Assembly: GCA_965242925.1 (NCBI GenBank)
Contig: CBDEUM010000014.1
Location: 448,001 to 512,000, forward strand
Reading direction: 5' to 3'
Length of the DNA stretch: 64,000 nt
Source of the DNA: Roseibacillus sp.
Lineage (GTDB): Bacteria; Verrucomicrobiota; Verrucomicrobiia; Verrucomicrobiales; Akkermansiaceae
Below are positions 10,825-21,455 of the stretch, piece by piece. Under the pieces are notes generated by a model. It was not told the DNA's origin. It ran no database searches and saw only the letters and a program-made list of their open reading frames with translations. The position numbers and the translations under genes were made by a program. How positions within the stretch are numbered: the first letter of the stretch is position 1; each line of letters begins with the position of its first letter.

Positions 10825-10856
10825 AAAAGGCCGACGTTTGAACGTCGGCCTTTTTT
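10825..10856. terminator. Bidirectional intrinsic terminator
   Basis: AAAAGGCCGACGTT-TG-AACGTCGGCCTTTTTT between convergent genes. Confidence 0.85.
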
Positions 10857-10914
10857 CTTGGTCCGGCAGGGAAAACCGCGGCCCGGATCTCACAACCGTG
10901 CACCGCTCCCAACC

Positions 10915-12009
10915 TTAAAGCCCACGCTCCAGGACATCGAAGAAAACCTCGATGTATTTTTTCTCCCGCTCACGCAGCCCCTTGCGGTAGTCCCGGAGTC
11001 CGTCCCGTCGTTTGACGGCCTCCAGAGCGGCCAGGACTTCTTCGCGCGCCTCCTCAAAACCGCGCTCACGGGCGGTCTTCTTTTCCAACACCTCCAGGAT
11101 GTGCCATCCGATCTTGCTCCGGACGAGGACGGGCTTCCTGACCTCTGCTGAAAAAAGCACCTCCTGCAGACCAGCGGGAACACGCTCACGCCGCAGCCAG
11201 CCGAGATCACCCCCGCTGCCTCTGGTCCGGTCATCCTCGCTGAACCGCTGAGCCAGCCCGGCAAATTCCGCTCCCTTGGCCAGCTCGTGCAGGGTCTCCC
11301 GCAGACTCCTTCCCACCGCTTCGGCCGGCTCCGCCTCCAGATCCACCGTGGAGCGAAAGATGTGCCGTGCGCGCACCCGCTCCGGTTGCCCCAGGCGGTG
11401 CCTGTTTTCATCAAACCAGACTTTCGCCTCCTTCTCACTGACCTCGATCTCAATCATGTTCTCCAGATACTTTTCCTGCTGGATCCGGGCCGCGATGCGG
11501 TAACGCAGCTCCTTCTCGCTCCATCCCAGCTCCCCAAGGGACGCGAGGTAGGCCGATTCACCTGAAAACCGCCGCGTGAAGTGAGTCAGCTCGTCGTCGA
11601 TCTCCGCCTCTGACACAGGCACCTCCGACTGGCTGAAGCGCACTTTAAGTCGCAACAGGTGCAGGTCGATCAGTTCGTTGAGGGCCGCTCGGCGGAGAAG
11701 AAGCCGTTCTTCCCGCGGGATGCCCTCCAGGCGGCGCCCTGCCCGCCACAGGTTTTCCTCCACCCGGCGCTCCACCTGGGTGAGCAGGATCGGCTGGTAG
11801 TGAATCCGGGCCACAACGCCCTCACCCTTGGCGGCCTCGATCACGTCCGGGCTTTTTGGCGCCTTGCGCGCGAAGGATTTACGAAGGGGACCTCCGATGA
11901 GAAAGAGATCGACTGCGAGATACAGGATCACGATCGAGTACAACACCGCCCGCACCATGGCACCCTTGTCCACCATGGACCGGGTGGAAGCGGATACAGG
12001 CTCGGGCAC
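10915..12009 (-). CDS. Parvulin-type peptidylprolyl isomerase (PrsA/SurA-like foldase)
   Basis: N-terminal TM anchor; VRARHIF, FAGLAQRFSED, GGDLGW, SKIGWHIL. Confidence 0.9.
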   Translation of the reverse strand: MPEPVSASTRSMVDKGAMVRAVLYSIVILYLAVDLFLIGGPLRKSFARKAPKSPDVIEAAKGEGVVARIHYQPILLTQVERRVEENLWRAGRRLEGIPREERLLLRRAALNELIDLHLLRLKVRFSQSEVPVSEAEIDDELTHFTRRFSGESAYLASLGELGWSEKELRYRIAARIQQEKYLENMIEIEVSEKEAKVWFDENRHRLGQPERVRARHIFRSTVDLEAEPAEAVGRSLRETLHELAKGAEFAGLAQRFSEDDRTRGSGGDLGWLRRERVPAGLQEVLFSAEVRKPVLVRSKIGWHILEVLEKKTARERGFEEAREEVLAALEAVKRRDGLRDYRKGLREREKKYIEVFFDVLERGL

Positions 12010-12077
12010 GAGTCGAATTATCGCTGAAGGGTCACAAATTGCCGAGCGTCAAATCCCGGCCCAAGGCCCCGCCTCTC

Positions 12078-13343
12078 TCACGGGATAACCACCTTCGCGC
12101 CGGGCCGCACCAGGGAGGGAAAGCGGGCGGCGTCCCAGTTGGCAAGACGAATGCAGCCCGCACTGAGAGAACGCCCGATTGTTCGAGGACTGGCAGTGCC
12201 GTGGATTCCGATCCCGGACTTGGTCAGGCCCGACCACAGGATCCCGACCGGAACGTTGGGGCCGGGTGGAATCTGCAGAACCTTGCTCCGGTCCTTGCTC
12301 CGTACACCCGTCTCCAGAAGTTGCTTGTCGTAATACCAGCTCGGTAACTCGAAGCAGTTGGCCACCGCCCACTGCCCCCGGTGGGTATGCTGCACCCTGC
12401 CAGGAGTGATGGGGAACATGGCTATCAACTTCTGCGGTTCGAAATCTTCGCTCTTCTCTGCAACCACCACTGCTGCCCCTGGCACCACCGGCGCGGTGCC
12501 CTTCTCGTAGATGAAGAGATTGCGTCCCCTGGTATCGATCACCACCGTGCGAGCACTCAACGCCAGGTCCTCCCTGTGGGTGCGCCCCTCCGCCAGATTT
12601 TCGATCAGGAAGGGGGCGACGTTGGGCACCTTGAGGGCGCTGCGCGGCTTGATGCCGTTGGCTTCCCGTGTTCCGTTAAGCTCGATCAGGAAGGTCTCGG
12701 AGGTGTGGTAGCGCTCCGCCATGAACTCGAGATAGCTTCGGTAAGCCATGCGCTCCTCCCTGGCCTGCCGCGAGTAATCGCGGGGCAGGTTCGGGTTCAC
12801 CCACGCGACGGCGGAATCAGGCACGATGGCAATGGCGTAAGTCTCGCCCAGCGCCCGGTTTGCCTCCGAGATCAGCGCGACCCAGTCGTCGGGCATGCGG
12901 CCGACGCTGCGATTGCACGAATGGACGGCCTTGGTGGTGAACTTGCCGGGCTTGCCATCGATAAAGCCAGGGCCGAAGTGCTTCTGGTCGAGGTAAATCT
13001 GCAACCGTACCGTGGTCTCCACGTCCCTGGGCCTCGTCGCACGATCCCGCGCGGTTTCCACCCCGGCATCTGCCTTTGCGTCCCGGGCCTTGGCCCTGGC
13101 CAGATCCCCCTCATCGGAGATCTCAGCCTCAATCGCAACCGCCTTCCCGGGTTTCTCCTCGGCATCTGGACCCGGAACCCGGGAACCGTCGGAGTCAATA
13201 CCCTCGGCGGCAGAAGGGACCGCTTCCCCAGGCTGACCGGGAAGCCCGGGGTCCGGTAGGGAGCCTTCCGCCTGGCCCGGAACCGGAAGGCACAGCACGA
13301 GAAGGGCGGGCACGAAGAGAATCCCGCGAAAGGGGTGAACCAT
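12078..13343 (-). CDS. L,D-transpeptidase (YkuD family) with peptidoglycan-binding region
   Basis: Signal peptide; LQIYLDQKHFGPGFIDG; PPGPNVPVG...GIGIHGT...SAGCIRL. Start may be 13352. Confidence 0.88.
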   Translation of the reverse strand: MVHPFRGILFVPALLVLCLPVPGQAEGSLPDPGLPGQPGEAVPSAAEGIDSDGSRVPGPDAEEKPGKAVAIEAEISDEGDLARAKARDAKADAGVETARDRATRPRDVETTVRLQIYLDQKHFGPGFIDGKPGKFTTKAVHSCNRSVGRMPDDWVALISEANRALGETYAIAIVPDSAVAWVNPNLPRDYSRQAREERMAYRSYLEFMAERYHTSETFLIELNGTREANGIKPRSALKVPNVAPFLIENLAEGRTHREDLALSARTVVIDTRGRNLFIYEKGTAPVVPGAAVVVAEKSEDFEPQKLIAMFPITPGRVQHTHRGQWAVANCFELPSWYYDKQLLETGVRSKDRSKVLQIPPGPNVPVGILWSGLTKSGIGIHGTASPRTIGRSLSAGCIRLANWDAARFPSLVRPGAKVVIP

Positions 13344-13548
13344 GGTGATCATTGCAACACGAAGAACTGGTTTCGCGATGGCCAGTTTAGCCCTGTTCCT
13401 GACTTTTGCCAAGTCGCAGACTAGCCCCCACTCTTGCATGAGACGCATGAGGACAGGATTTGATCGAATATAATTTTCTCCTCTTCTGATCTGCGAGGCA
13501 GCGGAGGAATTGATCCGCCATTTGCGGAATTTTCCCACCAGGGGAGAG

Positions 13549-14847
13549 CTAGGCCCCCTCTACTTCCCCGATTCCCCGCAGGCGTCCCTCCGTCTCACTG
13601 TTCACCAGCGCTTCCACCAACACGTCATTCCCCTCGTAGACGGTCTCCAGCACCTTGGCTTCCGCATGCAGAAGGGAAATCAGGTCACCTCGATGCTGCG
13701 GGATCCGGTAGCGCCGTCGCGTCACCGCCTGCGACAGGTAATCGATGAAGGTGTGCTGCAGGGTATCGAGGCCCTCCCCGCTCCGCGCTGAGATTGATAC
13801 CGCCTCCGGAAACAGCGCCTGCAGAGCCTTGAGCCGCTGCGGATCCTCCAGCAGGTCAATCTTGTTCAGGACAGTGAGTACCGGTTTGTCCTTCGCTCCA
13901 AGTTCCCCCATCACTTCCAGGGTGGTGCCGCAAAGCCGCTCCAGTTCAGGTTCGCTGGCATCGAGGACATGCACCAGGAAGTCCGCCAGCACGGCTTCCT
14001 CCAGCGTGGCCTTGAAGGCCTCGACCAGGCGATGTGGCAGGTTGCGGACAAAGCCCACCGTATCGGTCAGGAGCAGTTCCTGCCCATCGGGCAGGTCAAT
14101 CCGCCGGGTGGTGGGATCCAGGGTGGCAAAGAGCATGTCCGCCTCCAGGACCTCTGATCCAGCGAGATGATTGAGGAGGGTCGATTTCCCGGAATTGGTG
14201 TAGCCCACGATAGCTGCATGCGGCGCCTCCGATTTCTGTCGTTCCTTCCGTTGAGTAGCGCGCTGCCTGCGCACCAACTGAAGGTCTGACTTTATGCGGT
14301 CGATGCGCTTCCGCGCCAGGCGGCGGTCGACCTCAATCTGCTGTTCACCCATTCCTCGGGCGGCCGCCGATCCCCCGGAACCCCCACCCCCTTCCCGATC
14401 GAGGTGGCCCCACATCCGTGCCATGCGCGGCAGCGCGTATTCCATGCGGGCCAGTTCAACCTGCAGCCGAGCCTCCCTGGTCTGCGCCCGCCGGGCAAAG
14501 ATATCGAGAATGACTTCCTCCCGGTCGATCACGGTCATGTCGGCCGCCTCTTCCCACTCACGTTGCTGGTTGGGAGCCAGCTCATTGTCAAAGACGATAC
14601 AGTCGCACCCCAGTTCCCGTGCATAGGCCGACACCTCCTCCGCCTTGCCCGTGCCACAGAGAAACTTCTTGTGCCTTTCCCGGGCCCGCACCAGTTGGGT
14701 GTCCACCACCCCGATGCCGAGCGTATCCACCAGTTCGCCCAGTTCGCCCAGCAGGCTGCGCGACTCCTCCTCCTCGCGCTTGTCGAAACAAATGCGCACG
14801 AGAAGAGCCTTTTCGACCATCTGCGGTCTGTCGCGCACCTCAAACAT
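13549..14847 (-). CDS. hflX: GTPase HflX
   Basis: ILDIFARRA, VGYTNSGKST, LFATLDPTTR, DTVGF, NKID. Confidence 0.97.
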   Translation of the reverse strand: MFEVRDRPQMVEKALLVRICFDKREEEESRSLLGELGELVDTLGIGVVDTQLVRARERHKKFLCGTGKAEEVSAYARELGCDCIVFDNELAPNQQREWEEAADMTVIDREEVILDIFARRAQTREARLQVELARMEYALPRMARMWGHLDREGGGGSGGSAAARGMGEQQIEVDRRLARKRIDRIKSDLQLVRRQRATQRKERQKSEAPHAAIVGYTNSGKSTLLNHLAGSEVLEADMLFATLDPTTRRIDLPDGQELLLTDTVGFVRNLPHRLVEAFKATLEEAVLADFLVHVLDASEPELERLCGTTLEVMGELGAKDKPVLTVLNKIDLLEDPQRLKALQALFPEAVSISARSGEGLDTLQHTFIDYLSQAVTRRRYRIPQHRGDLISLLHAEAKVLETVYEGNDVLVEALVNSETEGRLRGIGEVEGA

Positions 14848-15273
14848 GACAGTGACATGATACGCCTGTGGGTGCCCTATTCACGCCAAAAGACTCCGAA
14901 GCTGCCACCCGGAGAATCCTACCTCTCCAACATCCTGGACCAGGGCAACCCTCCCCTTCACCGGGAACCGGGCCCGTTCAGCTCCAATCGGCCGACGGGA
15001 TGGAGGCCCCAATCAACATCGGCATCGGGGCAACCAGCAGGGTTGCCAGGCAGAGATAGAAGAGTGCCCCTGTTTCAACGACCACGGTGCCAGTCAGTTC
15101 GACAATACGACACAGCTGCCTGTCCCCTGACAGTCAAACCGGCTCCCAGCGGGACGGGGACGTAAGGCCCCCTCCCCGCAGCAGTATGCCCGGCCCGATT
15201 CTGATTCTACTTGTGACTTGCCCGAATCCCCATTTCAGAGCACGTTCCCCGTCCCCGCGCGAGCAGGAACCAC

Positions 15274-16704
15274 ATGGGAAAGACCCTCTATCAGAAAATC
15301 TGGGACGCTCACACGGTGGGCTCCCTGGGCGACGGCCGCACCCAGCTCTTCATCGGGACACACCTCATCCACGAGGTAACCAGCCCCCAGGCCTTCGGAA
15401 TGATCCGTGATCTCGGACTGCAGGTGAAGTATCCCCACCGCACCTTTGCCACGGTGGATCACATCGTCCCCACTGTTGACCAGAACGCGCCGGCGGACCC
15501 GCTGGCGGCCGAGATGATGGACGCCCTGCGCAGGAATGCGGACGACTTTGGAGTGACCTACTTCGACCTGAGTTCCGGCAAGCAGGGCATCGTCCACGTG
15601 GTGGGACCAGAGCAGGGCATCACCCAGCCGGGCACAACGATTGCCTGCGGCGATTCCCACACCGCCACCCACGGGGCTTTCGGAGCCATCGCCTTCGGGA
15701 TCGGCACGACCCAGGTCCGCGACGTGCTGGCAACCCAGACTATTGCCATGGAAAGCCTCAAGGTCCGCCTCATCAAGGTCGACGGCCAGTTGAAACCCGG
15801 CGTCTACGCCAAGGATGTCGCCCTCGACATCATCCGCCGCCTCGGGGCCAACGGCGGAATCGGCTACGCCTACGAATACGGCGGATCGACCTTCGATAAC
15901 TTCTCCATGGAGGAGCGTATGACCGTCTGCAACATGTCCATCGAGGGCGGAGCCCGCTGCGGCTACGTCAACCCCGATGAAAAAACCTTCGCCTTTCTCA
16001 AGGGGCGCCCTTACGCCCCGGGAGAGGTCGAATGGGACGCCGCGGTCGAACGCTGGCAGTCCTTCGCCTCCGATCCCGATGCCGCCTACGATGACCTCAT
16101 CGAAATCGATGCCGCCGACATCGAACCCACCGTGACCTGGGGTGTCTCTCCGGACCAGGGAATCAGTATCAGCGAGACCATTCCCGACCCGGCGGAAGCT
16201 GGAAGTGAAGCCCTGCGCGCAAGCTATCAGGAGGCCCTGGACTACATGCAACTCCCGGGTGGCACTCCCATCAAAGGCGTGAAGATCGACGTGGCCTTCA
16301 TCGGCTCCTGCACCAACGGACGCCTGCGCGATTTCCGCGAAGCGGCCCACTTCCTGAAAGGCCACAGGGTGGCGCCGGGCGTGAAGGCCATTGCCGTTCC
16401 CGGCTCCCAGATCACCGCCGTGCAGTGCGAGCAGGAAGGCCTCGACAGGATCTTCGAGGAGGCCGGCTTCGAGTGGCGGGCCGCCGGCTGTTCCATGTGC
16501 CTGGCCATGAATCCCGACAAACTGGTGGGTGACCAGGTCTGCGCGTCCTCCTCCAACCGGAACTTCAAGGGGCGGCAGGGCTCTCCCATCGGCCGCACCC
16601 TCCTCATGTCCCCGGTCATGGTCTGTGCCGCCGCGGTGAAAGGCGAAGTGGCTGACGCCCGCGAAGTGTTCGAGGTGGACGGATCCGATTCCGCTGCAGC
16701 CTGA
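15274..16704 (+). CDS. leuC: 3-isopropylmalate dehydratase large subunit
   Basis: [40 protein letters not shown]. Confidence 0.98.
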   Translation: MGKTLYQKIWDAHTVGSLGDGRTQLFIGTHLIHEVTSPQAFGMIRDLGLQVKYPHRTFATVDHIVPTVDQNAPADPLAAEMMDALRRNADDFGVTYFDLSSGKQGIVHVVGPEQGITQPGTTIACGDSHTATHGAFGAIAFGIGTTQVRDVLATQTIAMESLKVRLIKVDGQLKPGVYAKDVALDIIRRLGANGGIGYAYEYGGSTFDNFSMEERMTVCNMSIEGGARCGYVNPDEKTFAFLKGRPYAPGEVEWDAAVERWQSFASDPDAAYDDLIEIDAADIEPTVTWGVSPDQGISISETIPDPAEAGSEALRASYQEALDYMQLPGGTPIKGVKIDVAFIGSCTNGRLRDFREAAHFLKGHRVAPGVKAIAVPGSQITAVQCEQEGLDRIFEEAGFEWRAAGCSMCLAMNPDKLVGDQVCASSSNRNFKGRQGSPIGRTLLMSPVMVCAAAVKGEVADAREVFEVDGSDSAAA

Positions 16705-16738
16705 CCGCATTCAACTTCTCTCCCACCCCTCCGACCAC

Positions 16739-17335
16739 GTGGCTCTCGACAAGATCATCTCCATCACCGGCACCGCGGTACACCTGCCCGGTGCCGACAT
16801 CGATACCGACCGCATCATCCCGGCCCGCTATCTGAAGTGCGTCACCTTCGACGATCTCGCTGACAAGCACTTCTACGACGTGCGCCATGACCCCGAGGGG
16901 AACGCTACCGGGCATCCCCTGGACGATCCGCGCTTCAAGGGTGCTTCCATCATGCTGAGTGGCCCCAACTTCGGCTGTGGATCGTCCCGCGAACACGCTC
17001 CCCAAGCCATCTATCGTTCCGGCTTCCGCGCCATTATTGCGGAATCATACGCCGAAATCTTCTTCGGGAACTCCACCACCCTCGGCATGCCCTGCCTCTC
17101 GGCTTCTCGCGAGGACATTGAGGTCCTGGGTGCCGCCATCGAGCAGGCTCCGGCAACCGCGGTCACCATCGATCTGAAGGCCATGACCGTGACCTTCGGC
17201 GCAACCACCTTTGCCATCACGATGCCGGAATCCGCCCGCCAGGCCCTGACCGCCGGCAGGTGGGATCCCATCCAGGAACTGCTGGACAGCGAAGAACGGA
17301 TCCGTGCGGTGGGGAAAACACTGCCCTACGTGTAA
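16739..17335 (+). CDS. leuD: 3-isopropylmalate dehydratase small subunit
   Basis: DIDTDRIIPA, NFGCGSSREHAP. Confidence 0.98.
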   Translation: MALDKIISITGTAVHLPGADIDTDRIIPARYLKCVTFDDLADKHFYDVRHDPEGNATGHPLDDPRFKGASIMLSGPNFGCGSSREHAPQAIYRSGFRAIIAESYAEIFFGNSTTLGMPCLSASREDIEVLGAAIEQAPATAVTIDLKAMTVTFGATTFAITMPESARQALTAGRWDPIQELLDSEERIRAVGKTLPYV

Positions 17336-17369
17336 CCCTCCGCTCCTTCCCAACGGGACGATCCAGAAG

Positions 17370-17398
17370 AAAAGGGCGGCACCGAAATACTGCCCTTC
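17370..17398. terminator. Probable terminator hairpin between convergent leuD and the coiled-coil gene
   Basis: Minus strand reads AAGGGCAGTAT-TTCG-GTGCCGCCCTTTT. Confidence 0.5.
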
Positions 17399-17423
17399 TG
17401 CGAGGCAATCCTTCCCCACGCAA

Positions 17424-18782
17424 TTAGTCTGCCCGCGCGGAGGCCGGGGGGGGCTCCCCTGACTCCCGGGAAAGGGCTCCGCCCTTCCGGCCCGCAGGCG
17501 GATCAGGTTTATCGCGGGACGCGTGAAGTTTGCGCAAATCGCCCTTGAGCTTGCGGATCTCCGCCGTTTTCCGGAAGAGGAGCTCTTCCAGTCCTCCCTT
17601 GGCCTTGTTCAGGAAGACCACTTCCCCCCTGGTCTTGTCGAGTTCGCCGGAAGCGATTTCCAGCTGTTTGCCGGTCTCCTGACGAGCCACCTCGGTCTTC
17701 TGACGAGCCGCCTCGGTCTCCTGACGAGCCACCTCGATCTCCTCCAGCTCCATCGCAAGCTGGGTCACGGTCTGCCTCGAAACCTCTGCCTCGGCGCGCA
17801 CACCGGCAATCTGTCCGCTGAGTTCCTCGGCCTCGGCCTCGGCTCGATCGCGCTCCAAGCGGGCCAGCATCCTGGCTTCCCCCGTCGCAACCTTCTCTGC
17901 CTGAAGGGCCTGGAGGCTCTCCCGGGCTTCCTGAAGATCCACCAGGGCCTGGTCCTGCATGCCTTTGGACCTCCCGAGCTGTTTCTTGAGAATCTCCACA
18001 TCCACCAGAGCCTTCATCTGAGCGGCCCTGGAGCTGCGCAGTTCATCACGCAACTCCACTGCCCCGTGGGCCTTGGCGGTTAAGTCCGCGATCCGAGCCT
18101 CCCCGTCCTTCCGGGTGCGGGCTGCTTCCAGGATTGTCTTCTGGCGGGCAATGAGAGCCATCTCCATTTCAGCCCCCAGCCGCTCCTCCCTCGCTTTCGA
18201 CTCCACAAGCTGCTCCTTCAGGTTGGCGCGCTCAATGGGGTCCTGGAGCTCCTGACGCACAAGAGCAATCTCGTCCTTCATGGTGCGGAACTCCTGCATC
18301 ACTTTTGCCATCTCAGCACGAAAATCGCGGATCTCCGCGGAGAGCCTTGGCCCCTCATTGGCCTGGCCCTCCAACGCGGCAGCCTGCGCCTTCCAGTCGG
18401 CGGCCTCCCGACGCGCCTTCTCCATCTCCTCCCGAAACACCTTCCTCTCTTTCAGCATCTCGTGATTTGCCATGGCAAGAGCACTTACCTCTCCCCGTGC
18501 CTGGTCGCGTTGCTCCGCCATGGTCTCCACCGCGCGCTGAGCCGCCATCAGGTTGGCGGCAATCCCTGCCAGGTCCTGGCGCAGGGTCTGCACCCGTGCA
18601 TCTTCGTCCTGATCCGCCACGATGGGGACAACCCCCGGATCCGGAGCAAGCTCCACCAGGGGCGGATCTTCAACGACCGCAATCGCGACAAGCGGGATGG
18701 GCATTTCAGTCTCAACAGACCCGATGACAATATCCGGTTGAACGAGGGACACCAGTGCTGGTGCAAGAAGCAGACTCTTCAT
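17424..18782 (-). CDS. Long coiled-coil hypothetical protein with N-terminal hydrophobic segment
   Basis: E/A/R/Q/K-rich heptad pattern over ~350 aa; MKSLLLAPALVSLV start. Confidence 0.75.
   Translation of the reverse strand: MKSLLLAPALVSLVQPDIVIGSVETEMPIPLVAIAVVEDPPLVELAPDPGVVPIVADQDEDARVQTLRQDLAGIAANLMAAQRAVETMAEQRDQARGEVSALAMANHEMLKERKVFREEMEKARREAADWKAQAAALEGQANEGPRLSAEIRDFRAEMAKVMQEFRTMKDEIALVRQELQDPIERANLKEQLVESKAREERLGAEMEMALIARQKTILEAARTRKDGEARIADLTAKAHGAVELRDELRSSRAAQMKALVDVEILKKQLGRSKGMQDQALVDLQEARESLQALQAEKVATGEARMLARLERDRAEAEAEELSGQIAGVRAEAEVSRQTVTQLAMELEEIEVARQETEAARQKTEVARQETGKQLEIASGELDKTRGEVVFLNKAKGGLEELLFRKTAEIRKLKGDLRKLHASRDKPDPPAGRKGGALSRESGEPPPASARAD
17672..17741. repeat. 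Imperfect 21-bp tandem repeat (about 3 copies) encoding the heptad EVARQET/EAARQKT/EVARQET
   Basis: Repeating unit ggtct(c/t)ctgacgagcc(a/g)cctc visible in the sequence. Confidence 0.8.
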
Positions 18783-18925
18783 GACGATGGAACAGAAACA
18801 GGGGTTGCTCTCCCATGATTTACCGTCAACCGCCACGGCTGCAAAGAATTTAATAAAGTAATCTTAACTAATTGAACCCAATCGCCCAGCCTTCGTTCGT
18901 TTTCAGCCACCTGCCCCGGGTCTCT

Positions 18926-19819
18926 TCACCCTGCAAAGTGATCCCAGCCCCCGGACAGGTCTGACTCTCCTCCAGTTGTTAGAGAACCGATGGGACTCAG
19001 GGAGAGTTTGGGAAACTGTTTCCGCCATGCACTCTCAAGTTGTTTTGCACGACGGGCCGACACCGCCAGCAGGAGTTCATAATCCTCCCCGTCACATAGC
19101 GCTTCTTCCCCCGTGATCCCGCGTGACCTGGGCACCGAGTCTTTCTCTAACAAAAATCCGCAACCGCTGGCGGAGGCCAGGCGGGGAAGATCGCGCGCCA
19201 GTCCGTCGGAAAGATCCATCATGGCATGCAGGGGACCATTCCGGACCAGCCAATTCGCTTCTACCAGACGCGGCATAAAGGTCAGATGACGACCCCGAAG
19301 GGATCCTCCCAGTCGTCCTGTCACGAACAGCACATCCCCGGGACGGCCTCCGCTGCGCAGGGTCACCTCCGACCTTTTTGCCGTTCCCGTGCCGGCCACT
19401 GAGATCATGGCGGGGGCGCCGGCCGGGACCGAGGAGGTCTCCCCTCCCACGATGCAGCAGTCAAAGGCGCGGGCACACTTGTTCATCCCGCGGTAGAGCT
19501 GCTCAACCCAGCGCATTTCGCAACTGCCGGGCAGCGCCAGGGTCACAAGAAGATGGCGCGGCCAGCCCCCCATGGCCGCAAAGTCACTGAGGGTGCGCGC
19601 AATCGCCTTCCAGCCCACCTTTCCCGGAGCAGCCTCCTCCAGGAAGTGCACCCCGCCTACCAGACAGTCGGTTTTCAGGAGTTCCACCTCTCCCCGGCCT
19701 CCCCCTTCTACCACCGCGCAGTCGTCCCCGGGACCGGTAAGAACCCCGGACCCAGCCTCCAGCAGGGTGGTGAGCCGGGCCACCACGGCCTCTTCACCAA
19801 AGGAGGATAAGTCCGGCAT
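18926..19819 (-). CDS. thiL: Thiamine-monophosphate kinase
   Basis: GPGDDCAV, LSDFAAMGG, GGET, MDLSDGL, GEDYELL. Confidence 0.95.
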   Translation of the reverse strand: MPDLSSFGEEAVVARLTTLLEAGSGVLTGPGDDCAVVEGGGRGEVELLKTDCLVGGVHFLEEAAPGKVGWKAIARTLSDFAAMGGWPRHLLVTLALPGSCEMRWVEQLYRGMNKCARAFDCCIVGGETSSVPAGAPAMISVAGTGTAKRSEVTLRSGGRPGDVLFVTGRLGGSLRGRHLTFMPRLVEANWLVRNGPLHAMMDLSDGLARDLPRLASASGCGFLLEKDSVPRSRGITGEEALCDGEDYELLLAVSARRAKQLESAWRKQFPKLSLSPIGSLTTGGESDLSGGWDHFAG

Positions 19820-20729
19820 TCTTTTCGAGCTCCTCGAGAAGCTCCGGGTTTAACTTGAGGATGAACTGGATCACGACAGTGGCGGCATTGAAGCAGAAGT
19901 GGATGGCAATGGGAGCCCAGAGGGACCCGGTGTACTCGTAGGCCAGAGCCAGGACGATTCCCAGGACAGTCAGGGGCAGAAGGGCAAGGAGGTTTCCGTG
20001 AACCGCCCCGAAGAGAAGCCCCGTGAAGATCACCGCAAACGGGATATTGGTGAAGCGTTTTACGGCCGCATAAATATAGCCGCGAAAGACCACCTCCTCG
20101 GCAAGGGGGGCTCCCACACAGGCCACCACGGCCACCAGCACGAGGACAAGCAGGTCCTCACTTTCCCCCAGGAGTTTGACCGTCTCCTGCTCCCCGTCGC
20201 CCTCCACAAAACTACTGATCCACTCGTTGTATCCCGTCCCGTCCAGAAAAACCATGAAGGCCCACATCATGAGAATGACCACGGGAGCAAAGACAACCTG
20301 CCACCACGTCCGTTGCCAGCGCAGCCCGAAGGCCTCCACCAGGTTCACCCGGCGAAAGAGGAGGACCACCACCAGCAGGATCTGCAGCCCCTGCAGGAAC
20401 AAGCCGAAAAGTAATCCAACCGAAAGACCCTCCATTTCGCCGAGCTCTCCGGTTTCCTCCCCCCTGCTTGAGAGCCACCAGGTCCCCGCATAGAAGCCAA
20501 AGAACAGGGAAATCCCCAGTAGGTCGACGAGACCAAATCCTCGAATGGGAACGCGTCCCCGGGGGAGGGGCGGAATCCTCCCCGGCCCGGGCTTTCGGAG
20601 CACGTCGGCGCGTCCGATGCGAATGCGGATTCCCCCGTGGCGCAGGGCATAACTGGGCACCGCCCAGAGGAAGAGCATCCCGGCACACAGGGCGAGAACC
20701 GTGTCGATGACTTGAACCTCGATGGTCAT
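19794..20729 (-). CDS. CPBP (CAAX/Abi) family intramembrane glutamic endopeptidase
   Basis: APLAEEVVFRG, FGAVH, SLWAPIAIHFCFN. Confidence 0.92.
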   Translation of the reverse strand: MTIEVQVIDTVLALCAGMLFLWAVPSYALRHGGIRIRIGRADVLRKPGPGRIPPLPRGRVPIRGFGLVDLLGISLFFGFYAGTWWLSSRGEETGELGEMEGLSVGLLFGLFLQGLQILLVVVLLFRRVNLVEAFGLRWQRTWWQVVFAPVVILMMWAFMVFLDGTGYNEWISSFVEGDGEQETVKLLGESEDLLVLVLVAVVACVGAPLAEEVVFRGYIYAAVKRFTNIPFAVIFTGLLFGAVHGNLLALLPLTVLGIVLALAYEYTGSLWAPIAIHFCFNAATVVIQFILKLNPELLEELEKNAGLILLW

Positions 20730-20936
20730 GAATCGCGTTGAGCGGAGCCTACGCAGCCGATGCCGCCTTGGCCAGCGGGGGTGCGCGGAAACTAATCAAT
20801 CTCCCGATTCTTCGGGGGAGGCAAAGGGTCCCCGGATCCCCCGCAACCAGAACTAAATGGGCGGGGACAAGGATCCGCGCAGAATACGCCCCTTCTTGAA
20901 GGGTCCCCCCTTCTGCTGGTGGGAGCTCTCCCATCA

Positions 20937-21353
20937 TCATTCAGCAGGTTGCCCGAAGGACGGAGGACCGCCCTGGGACGGTTCCTGATTGCGCATGAAG
21001 TCCGCCACCTGGGCAAAGAAGGCTTCCAGTTCGACGCGCACCTCCGGTGCCACCTCACATTCTCTCATGGCCTCCCCCATGATCTGAAGCCAGCGGTCCC
21101 GCTCCGCCACCCCGATCCGGAAGGGCCCGTGACGCATGCGGAGGCGGGGGTGACCCCGCTGGTCCGGGTAGCGGGAGTCTCCGCCCAGCCGGAAACACAA
21201 AAAGAGATAGAGGCGTTCCTCCGCCCCCGTCAGATCCTGGGCCGGGTACATCGGCCCCAGCAAGTCGTCCCCGGGGATCCGCCGATAGAAGGCCGCGACC
21301 AGCCGGCGCAAGCCCTCGTCTCCCATTTCCCTCCAGATTGCGGCTTCATCCAT
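20937..21353 (-). CDS. Group II truncated hemoglobin (trHbO-like)
   Basis: LVAAFY, GHPRLRMRH.PF.I...ERDRWL. Confidence 0.9.
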   Translation of the reverse strand: MDEAAIWREMGDEGLRRLVAAFYRRIPGDDLLGPMYPAQDLTGAEERLYLFLCFRLGGDSRYPDQRGHPRLRMRHGPFRIGVAERDRWLQIMGEAMRECEVAPEVRVELEAFFAQVADFMRNQEPSQGGPPSFGQPAE

Positions 21354-21455
21354 ACCTCGGAAAGGGGGCACTGATGGCTTTTCTTTTCATGAAATCAGGC
21401 ACATCTTCTTTACGAGAAGCGTTCTGCCCAGCGCTTTTTCACCTTTCCACGCACG

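Noticed and set aside
14848..15185. Small ORFs or ncRNA between hflX and leuC
   Set aside because: No recognisable motif, ribosome-binding site or RNA structure that I can support.
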